Made by a program: the position numbers and the translations under genes | The notes under the pieces: model-generated | Databases searched by the model: none | Seen by the model: the letters and a program-made list of their open reading frames with translations, nothing else | Told to the model about the DNA's origin: nothing | IMG/VR virus record: IMGVR_UViG_3300038673_000449 | Coordinates: 1 to 42,525 of that record | Reading direction: 5' to 3' (one strand) | DNA length: 42,525 nucleotides | From: a virus | Taxonomy: Duplodnaviria; Caudoviricetes | Part shown: positions 34,601 through 42,525 of the stretch, in pieces | Layout: each line of letters opens with the position of its first letter | Numbering within the stretch: the stretch's first letter is position 1

Positions 34601-35344
34601 TTAAGTTGCCTTAAAAATAACTGCAACGCAGCCAATCGAAGAACTATTTGTATGCGTTATTGTTAATGCTGGGACGCTTCCTGCATTAACATGTCTAGCC
34701 GCAACTGCAATTCGTTGTCCATTACCTGTAGTATTGAAGGTAATCCAGTCTACACCGGATAAAGTTATTACATTACTTGTGTACACGGAACCAGTAAGAA
34801 AGACACAAAAAGCGCCTTTAACAGAAGAAGTTACAGCAGGGAAAGGAACCGGTGTAGTTGTGCTAGTTGTAGTGTTATATGTATCAACCGACACTTCACC
34901 ACTACAATCTGCTATTATCATATCTACGCCTATACGTTGTGCTGTAGCTTGTGTGAAAGTTTTAACTGCGCCAGCGTCGCCGTCACACACTTTATAATAT
35001 ATTGATTCTTGTTGATTCAAGTCTGAGTTCGCTGCTGTAGCAACAAATATAAAACCAGTTGGCGGAGTAACCGTATCTCTATGCACCACAGAGGTGACAA
35101 TTAAATCACCATCTACAATATTTGCTGGAATTGTTATAGATATTGATGCTGCGACAGGAAGAGATAAATCAGGCGTCGCTATATGTCGTTTATATCTAAT
35201 AAAACCCGTGGCTGGCATTGTACCTACTATTTTAGAACCACGAGCATAAGCCGTATAGTCTTTTAAGATGTGTTCCGGATAAGCGGTTGCATCTGATGTG
35301 TCAATGCCGCCTCCGCCCCCCGCTGCAATTTGATTTATAATCAT
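34601..35344 (-). CDS. Distal tail or receptor-binding-type protein
   Basis: GGGGG linker, DATA...IL...TAY..G.K..GT motif, beta-rich C-terminus; last tail gene. Confidence 0.6.
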   Translation of the reverse strand: MIINQIAAGGGGGIDTSDATAYPEHILKDYTAYARGSKIVGTMPATGFIRYKRHIATPDLSLPVAASISITIPANIVDGDLIVTSVVHRDTVTPPTGFIFVATAANSDLNQQESIYYKVCDGDAGAVKTFTQATAQRIGVDMIIADCSGEVSVDTYNTTTSTTTPVPFPAVTSSVKGAFCVFLTGSVYTSNVITLSGVDWITFNTTGNGQRIAVAARHVNAGSVPALTITHTNSSSIGCVAVIFKAT

Positions 35345-36297
35345 AGGATAATTACCCCCACTTCTATATCAAATATAGGTTCTGTGTTGCAATTAAAAGT
35401 AAGTGTTCCGGCGCCCTGGGCTGTGCATAGAATAGCTGACGAAACATATAGGCCTTGATCGCTTGGCACAGGAGATACGATAACCTTGTTTGTTGCTGTT
35501 ACACCTGGTGCAGACACTGTTTGTGAGAAAGTCGACCAGTTTGCTGCTAGTAGAGTTACAGTAATACCAACATCGTCTACTTCTACTATTGCATCTTCAA
35601 CGTTGTCTGCTTCTAAACTTTCAACATCGACAGGTACTTTATTTGCAGGAAGATAGATGTTACCAATGATGTCAGGTAATTCACTGTTGACGCTATATAC
35701 AGGACCAGCAACAGGCGTGGGTGTAGGATTAACTATAGTAATTGCTTGTCTTGGTGTTTCTTCTGAAATTTCACCTGTAGAACGATAGCCGATAATGTAA
35801 AGTTCATATTCCCCTGTAGCTGGCTTAGGTACATCAGCAAATGTATCATAAGTAATATATTCAGTTGCGAAGTAGCCATTTCTAAATAGAATGCGATAAC
35901 AATCGTATTCGACAGAGCCTGGAGGTACAATTGTTATCTGTACTGTAGTCGAAGTTTGTGTGAAAGTAAATGTAGGAGGAGCATATCGTACTTGAGGACT
36001 AACTAAAGGCACAAGGATATGTGTAATATGCTCATACTTTGTTCTAAACCAACCATAAGCTCCCATCTTAGGAAAAGTTTTGATCCCAAATAAAGTATAA
36101 GGCTTTGTCGGTACTCTATTCGTAATAGGGTCAAACACTAATCCTGTATAGTTGCCTTTGTTTGGTTCTGCCATATCATTTTGAATTCGATCGTTCTTAC
36201 GAAAGTACTGAATTAACTCGTTGTTAGGTTCGTGCCCCATTTGAATTAATTGTCCATCCGCTCGAAGATCTGCTAATTCTGTGAAAGTTAAAACCAT
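35341..36297 (-). CDS. Tail-associated structural protein
   Basis: Position; Ig/FN3-like middle; V.SVN motif. Confidence 0.65.
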   Translation of the reverse strand: MVLTFTELADLRADGQLIQMGHEPNNELIQYFRKNDRIQNDMAEPNKGNYTGLVFDPITNRVPTKPYTLFGIKTFPKMGAYGWFRTKYEHITHILVPLVSPQVRYAPPTFTFTQTSTTVQITIVPPGSVEYDCYRILFRNGYFATEYITYDTFADVPKPATGEYELYIIGYRSTGEISEETPRQAITIVNPTPTPVAGPVYSVNSELPDIIGNIYLPANKVPVDVESLEADNVEDAIVEVDDVGITVTLLAANWSTFSQTVSAPGVTATNKVIVSPVPSDQGLYVSSAILCTAQGAGTLTFNCNTEPIFDIEVGVIIL

Positions 36298-36299
36298 AA

Positions 36300-38015
36300 T
36301 TAACTTCCCTCCCCAAAACCTACCTCTATCGCCCATTGGAAGCGCAAAACGTTGTTAGTCGTTTTGAAAATCACATCAATGTCAAAATCTGCCGTAATAA
36401 CAGCATTGTTTGCTGGCGGCGTTAAGAATTTCAAACCAGGTGTTTGAATTCCTAAAAAGAAGGTAGCATAGTAAGTTAAACTATTAACAGTTTTACCCCA
36501 GTTTGATTGGTGTAATGGATATACCCAAGTATAGTCAGGAATATAAATTCTCCAATAACGTGCCTCGGTTATATCCCACGTCCATACCTGTGCATTGCGT
36601 ACCAGGTTGGGTACCGGTGTCCAAATATTATCATCCGTAGAATATTCAATGACGACATTTGCAATTTGTGCTGCCGGCACTGTGGGGCCTACGACTTTGA
36701 ATAGGTTGCATCGTTTAGGTTCGAGGAAATCGAACTTCGCTGGCTTCTCTTCTGTGATATTAATGTTCTGCGGAAGTTTACATTTACCACTTGCTTGTAA
36801 TGTTCCTTTACACCACAATAACGGATCCCTTAGAAATGTAGAAGTTGAATTTGTAGGCGTAGAAGTTTTTGCATCACCAAAATCTATATTTGGTGAAAAT
36901 ACACTGTATTGACACGAGAAAAAGTTCTCATACATATCGACACAATTGTTATCGTACTCTATAAGGTAATCAGTGCCCTTAACTTGCGGTACCGAATCTA
37001 CATAGATTGTTTCAGTGTTTGGCATAATCACTGGTACGCCAATATTAAAGTCTACTGTTGTGCCGTCACCAGAACCAATATTTTTTCCAGCTATGTGGTA
37101 AGGCGGAAAGAAATCATGGTTAGGCAAATTAATCATCCCGCCGCGGCACCCTATAGTACGAAATACTTGATTAGGGTAAGCGGTATCTGTAAAGGTCATG
37201 ATAGGCATAGTTATAGTAAGATTAACAGCATCCCATGTGCCAGCACCATCGGAGCCGCCGGTAGTAGGTTCAGCGCAGGTATTAAAAGATGCAGCTCTTG
37301 CATATAGGGGACGGTCCGCATCCCACATCTCATCGGTTAGTAATCCTGTCTCTCTTGAAATTTCATACGTATCGATAACCGGCCATCTACCTAAATAATA
37401 GTTGCGCCAATTCACACCGCCTGAATTCCAGGGCATTAGCATAAACGTTCGTAAATTACTAATTTTATGCGCATTATATACACCAGTAGCCCCCAGACCT
37501 GTACCTGGGGTAATGGTGGCGTAAAATGTACCACGAATTATCACTATATCTGTATCTGTCTTGGTTATGGTAATAGGATTACCTTCGCTGTCTTGTAAGA
37601 AGGCGTGCGTCTCCAAGGCTGACACTGTGAATGTATTTAAATACATAGAGCGAAAACCAACTTCAGTAATTACTTCTCCATTGTACTCAGTAACTCCTAA
37701 AGTTATTTCTCTTGTTATCCATCCAGTGTTACCATCAACACCCCAATCGATAATTGAAGCTTGTCTTTGCATAATTTGACTAAACAAACTTGTTCGCGTT
37801 CTGGATAAAGTACCGGTGCCACGACCTATACAAATTCCCCCATGATGATTCAGGTTTGTGGACGATGAAAAATTGGCCCATTGTGCAAAATATTGATTAA
37901 GCACGATGTTTTCGGCACGCGCTGTTTGTTTGAGCTCATTGGTTTTAGCATCACGAACTTCAAACTCAAAAAAATTATGCACCGCCATCTTTGCATTAAC
38001 CTTCATTGTTTCCAT
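36300..38015 (-). CDS. Tail/baseplate-associated protein
   Basis: Position; GDG.T..F; discoidin-like IEYSTD...W...ARYWRI. Confidence 0.7.
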   Translation of the reverse strand: METMKVNAKMAVHNFFEFEVRDAKTNELKQTARAENIVLNQYFAQWANFSSSTNLNHHGGICIGRGTGTLSRTRTSLFSQIMQRQASIIDWGVDGNTGWITREITLGVTEYNGEVITEVGFRSMYLNTFTVSALETHAFLQDSEGNPITITKTDTDIVIIRGTFYATITPGTGLGATGVYNAHKISNLRTFMLMPWNSGGVNWRNYYLGRWPVIDTYEISRETGLLTDEMWDADRPLYARAASFNTCAEPTTGGSDGAGTWDAVNLTITMPIMTFTDTAYPNQVFRTIGCRGGMINLPNHDFFPPYHIAGKNIGSGDGTTVDFNIGVPVIMPNTETIYVDSVPQVKGTDYLIEYDNNCVDMYENFFSCQYSVFSPNIDFGDAKTSTPTNSTSTFLRDPLLWCKGTLQASGKCKLPQNINITEEKPAKFDFLEPKRCNLFKVVGPTVPAAQIANVVIEYSTDDNIWTPVPNLVRNAQVWTWDITEARYWRIYIPDYTWVYPLHQSNWGKTVNSLTYYATFFLGIQTPGLKFLTPPANNAVITADFDIDVIFKTTNNVLRFQWAIEVGFGEGS

Positions 38016-38036
38016 AAGCTTACCTCCTTAAAAATT

Positions 38037-40097
38037 CTAAATGGGTTCAGTTCCAACAGGAACTAATTCTGCGCCAAAGACAAAAGCATCAACTACTAAA
38101 GCATGTTCTTCTTCGAAGATAACTTCAGGATGGGTAATTTCGTCAAATTGGAAATATGGAATAGTTGCATCAACTACTAAGGCTTCCTCACTTTGCTCGT
38201 GCGGCTCCGGTGTAGTAAATGTAATAACCCATACCATGCCAGCAAACCAAACAGGGCCGCCACGAATATAGCCAGCCTGTTGCATTTTCGCAAAAGTAAG
38301 ATTGATACTTCTATCCGTATCCACGGCATTTTCAAAAACTACTTCTAAAGTATTTGATGCCGCATGAACAATGGAAATTATGCTATTTGTAGGCGATACA
38401 TTGATCTTGGTAGGGTCTATTGTATCGATGGCATAGAAATCACAGTCAAATACCATAAAGAGCGTTTTGCCGTCCAAAGAGGCTTCAAAGTAATTTAGAT
38501 TAGGCGGATAAAATTCTGCCGTAGTAAAGCCATATTGGAAAGAAATAAAGGTATCTGTTGTTTTTGCCTGCTCTTCTAACTTTGGATACCAACGTGTAAT
38601 ATCCTCCATTATTACAGGCATAATCTGCGCATCTGTGACCAGTCCCCTATCGGATTTGAATGCTTGTCCTGCATAAGTTCTACCAGTATAATATAACTTA
38701 TTCCCGCTAGAGCCTACAACGGATAAACATAGCCGATAATCATTTAAGCGAGCTATATATGCAGAGGTATTTCCTGTGCCTGCTATCTCAATTTCGACTT
38801 CGGGCTCCCACAGTGTAACGCCATTTTCTTGTGTAGCGTAATTGCGGTAATATACGCGCCCACTTTTGATGTATACAACAACAAGACCCTGATCGTTCTG
38901 AAGAACTTGGTATGATTTGTAACCGCGAACAACAGACACAGTGCTCACATTCGTTGCTAATGTTACAAGAGTACTCTCATTTGTTCCCTGCTGACCATAC
39001 AAGGTGTTGTTAGGCGCAATCCAGAAAACCCAAGGAAGCTCTTCAGTTAGAATTGTAAAGCCCAAATCTGTCGTGCGTTCAGCCCAAACGCCATTAAATT
39101 CAATGGCGGCAAAAATAGCCGGCCCTACTTCATAAATGGGCTCCCAAACTACTCCAGCGCCACCTTTAATGGCTCTATGTCTTACGCGTGCCATATTATC
39201 TTCAATACCAACGGCAAAGACTCTACTCGGCTCTGTTTCATTAGGTAATTGCATAATCGTCATATCTGTAATGTCTACATCAATATCGATTAAACGTTTT
39301 GCCAAATAGCCGCCGTCAATCGTATACAACATACCACGTGTAATGATTAAAATTGTTCCTGTAGAAACTTGAGCTGTAACAGTAAACGTATGAATCCCAA
39401 CCAACTTTTTCAGATAGGCGTGAGGAATCCCGATACTATTACGTCCCGGAGAAATATTATAAAGGATAGGAGTATATAACTCTGTAATATCGTTATCTTT
39501 AATACGGATTGTCAACAACGTAGAAACCGGAGAGATATATGTTATTAGCACATGGCCATTCATATCTGTGTTCTGAAGAAGTTCAGCTGTAATAAATCCA
39601 ATAGACACTTCTTCTTGTCCTACAGTAAAAATAGCCGTATTATAATCGTCAAGCAACTTGGGGATCTCTTGACGAATCTCGTCAAAATCTACTTCATCGG
39701 CAACAGGGCCAGATAAAAACCAATCCGTAACAATAATAGTAAAGTCTGTACGAATTGTAAAAGATAAGCTTACGTAGCTAGCCGCTGCTACTACTGGCAA
39801 AGTTACGGTACAAAAACCGTTTCCAGTGTCTATAAGTGGGATATTATACTCATAATAAGTATTATCCGTCGTCTGTGCTTGTATTACAATATACGCATTT
39901 GGATTATAGCTACTTGTATACGTACTCGCGATAACTGAAACATAGAATGCTTCAGGAATTGTAAGTATGTCTTCAATGGTTAAGACTTGTGTAGCATGAC
40001 CCCCTGCATTTAACGTTATATTTGCTGTGGTCATACTTCCATTAACAACTGACCAATCCGCAGGAGAGCGCGATAAAATATTCTCACCAAATATCAT
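38037..40097 (-). CDS. Minor tail protein
   Basis: Beta-rich 686-aa ORF in the tail operon. Confidence 0.7.
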   Translation of the reverse strand: MIFGENILSRSPADWSVVNGSMTTANITLNAGGHATQVLTIEDILTIPEAFYVSVIASTYTSSYNPNAYIVIQAQTTDNTYYEYNIPLIDTGNGFCTVTLPVVAAASYVSLSFTIRTDFTIIVTDWFLSGPVADEVDFDEIRQEIPKLLDDYNTAIFTVGQEEVSIGFITAELLQNTDMNGHVLITYISPVSTLLTIRIKDNDITELYTPILYNISPGRNSIGIPHAYLKKLVGIHTFTVTAQVSTGTILIITRGMLYTIDGGYLAKRLIDIDVDITDMTIMQLPNETEPSRVFAVGIEDNMARVRHRAIKGGAGVVWEPIYEVGPAIFAAIEFNGVWAERTTDLGFTILTEELPWVFWIAPNNTLYGQQGTNESTLVTLATNVSTVSVVRGYKSYQVLQNDQGLVVVYIKSGRVYYRNYATQENGVTLWEPEVEIEIAGTGNTSAYIARLNDYRLCLSVVGSSGNKLYYTGRTYAGQAFKSDRGLVTDAQIMPVIMEDITRWYPKLEEQAKTTDTFISFQYGFTTAEFYPPNLNYFEASLDGKTLFMVFDCDFYAIDTIDPTKINVSPTNSIISIVHAASNTLEVVFENAVDTDRSINLTFAKMQQAGYIRGGPVWFAGMVWVITFTTPEPHEQSEEALVVDATIPYFQFDEITHPEVIFEEEHALVVDAFVFGAELVPVGTEPI

Positions 40098-41416
40098 TAT
40101 AGCACCCCCTGTAAAAAGCTACTATTAAGAAGAGTCATCTCGCAAGATAATCCTCCGGCATATTGATAATGCAAGCGTTGAATAACACCGCTATAGTTAA
40201 GCTGATACTTCAAACTCTGTATATTCACACGGTCACCAATATTCAGCAGGGGGTTGCCTCTAATAGAGACGCTAAGCATTGGAGTAGTGTTTGTTACAAA
40301 ACCATTAAGAACACTCTTATACTGTGCCGCGTATTCTGCAGTTTGGATGTATCTATTACCTGCTTTAAGAAGCTTCACAACATCATCAGTAAGGATGACT
40401 TTATTAAAACCTACAACCTGACCGTAAGCATGTATAGAAACTATTCCAGCATCGCCTGTATTATTAAGCGATAAAGCAATACGCCAAGGTGTAGCAGTGT
40501 AATCTACAAGGCTTACTGTATTACTCTGCAAACCAATGGAAGTAAGCTGCCAGAGAGGTCCGTTATTAAAGGCAACGTTATCTACCTGGAAAGTGCCGGC
40601 AGGGGCGGCGATGTTTTGCAAATCAAGTAGCTTCTCTTGGTCCATTCCCTGAGGAATATAGTAAGAGAGCTCCACGCCATCATAAGCCTTATTGATAGAT
40701 TGTGTAGCAGACACAACTTTTATCTGATTAGCATCAGTAAGAGTAGCACGAATAGGACGCTCAGCTACAAAGGGTTCAATAACAGGAATGCCGGCTTTAT
40801 TACATGTGCAAAATGCAAGTGCACCGGTTACTATTTCTTGCGTAAAGCTTAGGGGTTCTCCTTCAATGAATGAAAACAGCAGAGGTTTAGTTAAGCTACT
40901 ATTAACAAGAACTTCAAAGCCCATGAGGTCATAAATCTCTGTGAGAGCGTCATGGAAATTTGTGTCTCGTCTAACTGGATAATTCGGTGTAGGGCTACTG
41001 AATATCTGATACCATCTATCATTAGCAATAACATCTGCATATGTGCCCGTTATCGCCGCTTCCCAACCAGTAACGTAGTATTCGCCGAGCTTTTCCCATT
41101 CTACTTCTTCGTCAGTATCTTCTGGCCTAATATAGGGAATAACAAGCATACCAGCTTTTATCTTTCCGAAGTACGGGCTAGAGGTATTTGTAGGACTAAA
41201 TATTCCATTATCATTATAGAGTCTAAAAGAAAGCTCATTAGATGACACAGCTCCAAAGGGATTAGAAGAATCTGCGGAACCTTCTTCTAACCAAGAAGCA
41301 TCAATAAGATATTTCTCTTTAGTCACTTCTAAAGGTATCTCATCTAAGTATATATCTAACCGCACAGATATTTCTCTACTGGCAGCATTGAAATCTGCAT
41401 CTACCAAAGGTCTCAT
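40097..41416 (-). CDS. Tail tip/hub (Tal-like) protein
   Basis: Second gene after the tape measure; LGEYYV..W; RGNPLL..GD.V. Confidence 0.7.
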   Translation of the reverse strand: MRPLVDADFNAASREISVRLDIYLDEIPLEVTKEKYLIDASWLEEGSADSSNPFGAVSSNELSFRLYNDNGIFSPTNTSSPYFGKIKAGMLVIPYIRPEDTDEEVEWEKLGEYYVTGWEAAITGTYADVIANDRWYQIFSSPTPNYPVRRDTNFHDALTEIYDLMGFEVLVNSSLTKPLLFSFIEGEPLSFTQEIVTGALAFCTCNKAGIPVIEPFVAERPIRATLTDANQIKVVSATQSINKAYDGVELSYYIPQGMDQEKLLDLQNIAAPAGTFQVDNVAFNNGPLWQLTSIGLQSNTVSLVDYTATPWRIALSLNNTGDAGIVSIHAYGQVVGFNKVILTDDVVKLLKAGNRYIQTAEYAAQYKSVLNGFVTNTTPMLSVSIRGNPLLNIGDRVNIQSLKYQLNYSGVIQRLHYQYAGGLSCEMTLLNSSFLQGVL

Positions 41417-41434
41417 AGTTCTTCACCTCCCTCT

Positions 41435-41791
41435 CTATTGTTCAATCAAATTAAACGTTACATTTCTCCAAATCCAATTTGTAGTTCTACCTGCTCTATG
41501 CAACTCTGTAGGAATAGAACCTACGTATACAGTAGCTGTTTTAGTTGTACCGTTCTCAGTATACGTTAACGGAAAGAATAGATTATTTGTTTCCCATATA
41601 AGTTCAAGAATTTTATCTAAGTCATATCCACTAATCGCTTCATATGTGAAGTAAAACTTGCGTTTCTTAGCTATAAGGTCTCCAACCATTTTAGCATCAG
41701 CTAACCTCTCCATGTTAGTAACATTATAACGTTCAATCTTAAACTCGGAGGGGTTTTTAATGTCCACTCCACTTATTTGAAAGTTAGCCAT
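41435..41791 (-). CDS. Distal tail (Dit-like) protein
   Basis: Immediately after the tape measure; R.AD..M.GD.IA.KRK...YVG...FNLIEQ. Confidence 0.7.
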   Translation of the reverse strand: MANFQISGVDIKNPSEFKIERYNVTNMERLADAKMVGDLIAKKRKFYFTYEAISGYDLDKILELIWETNNLFFPLTYTENGTTKTATVYVGSIPTELHRAGRTTNWIWRNVTFNLIEQ

Positions 41792-42525
41792 TAAACTCCC
41801 CTCCTTTGACTTTCATTAAGTTCAATTACATGCATCTTACGTTGAAGTTCTTTTAGACTGCGTTCATCAGCAATGAGAGTACCAACATACAGCGGTCTCA
41901 GTGCCTCGCTATCGCCTCCACCTAGTGCTCCATTACCATTAGCAGCTAGAGCCGCAAATGTAGGCATCAAGCCTTGCATGATTCCATCAGATATAGCAGT
42001 TACGAAGGGCTGCATTGCTGAAGCATTCTCAAGAGGAATCACCGCCTCAGCCTTATTTCCTTCAGCAAATCTCGCAACGTGTTCTCTTCTGAAGATACCG
42101 CCTGTAGCATGACCTGTTTTAGGAGTTGAACCAGAAGAATCAGCATAACTTGTGTCTGTATTCTTAGCTTTACTCTCAAGTCCAAAGAACTCTCTGAGCT
42201 TACTAATACCGTCGCTTATCCATCCAAAGAACTTTCCAAACACGTTATTCCAAAGGTCACTTATCCAGTTCTTAAATGTATTGTAGATATTAGAAACGCC
42301 ATTCTTAACACCAGTCCAAAGGTCACTGAAGAAGTTCGTAAACTTATTGATGACATTAGCAACGAAATTAACTACAGAGCTTACTATGTTACTGAAAAGC
42401 TCTCCAACCTTACTAAAGAACTTAGAGAACCAGCTTGTAATGCTATTCCATATATTTCCGAAGAACTCACCAATCTTTGAAACTATCTGACCAACCCAAG
42501 TTGTAAGCTTATTCCAGATGTCACT
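41791..42525 (-). CDS. Tape measure protein, C-terminal part (runs off the window)
   Basis: Frame open to the window edge; periodic W/F repeats; ATGG...AEG..AEAVIPL. Confidence 0.9.
   Translation of the reverse strand, partial: SDIWNKLTTWVGQIVSKIGEFFGNIWNSITSWFSKFFSKVGELFSNIVSSVVNFVANVINKFTNFFSDLWTGVKNGVSNIYNTFKNWISDLWNNVFGKFFGWISDGISKLREFFGLESKAKNTDTSYADSSGSTPKTGHATGGIFRREHVARFAEGNKAEAVIPLENASAMQPFVTAISDGIMQGLMPTFAALAANGNGALGGGDSEALRPLYVGTLIADERSLKELQRKMHVIELNESQRRGV

Noticed and set aside
34601-40097. Diversity-generating retroelement target in tail genes
   Set aside because: No template/variable repeat pair or RT seen; the 14-nt repeat at 38086 and 38167 reflects a repeated ALVVDA peptide
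1-42525. Stop-codon reassignment
   Set aside because: Conserved genes are full length in the standard code, and the only tRNA is not a suppressor

Overview
About 42.5 kb of a tailed dsDNA phage genome, siphovirus-like, with a probable anaerobic Firmicutes/Clostridia host (inferred from AGGAGG ribosome sites, SigA-type promoters, a class III RNR, and an amidase/SleB lysin plus holin). Nearly all genes are on the minus strand. Reading right to left: tail module (3' end of tape measure, Dit/Tal-like and distal tail proteins); holin and endolysin; a membrane-anchored lytic transglycosylase; a ~165-bp AT-rich palindrome; a small gene followed by a cluster of predicted structured RNAs and an initiator-type tRNA(CAT); a self-contained replication/recombination block (SNF2 helicase, VRR-NUC, sigma-like factor, ATP-dependent ligase, RNase H, putative SSB, DnaG-type primase fused to an MCM-like helicase, YqaJ exonuclease); a dNTP-supply block (dUTPase, divergent ThyX, dNMP kinase, dCMP deaminase, NrdH/NrdD/NrdG); family A DNA polymerase; PC4-like protein; YhaM-like HD nuclease; and many small Cys-rich genes. 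A ~1.2 kb non-coding region with degenerate repeats and a two-gene plus-strand cassette lies near the left end. No integrase, CRISPR array, reverse transcriptase or recognisable defence operon is visible. All calls come from reading motifs by eye; no database search or folding software was run.
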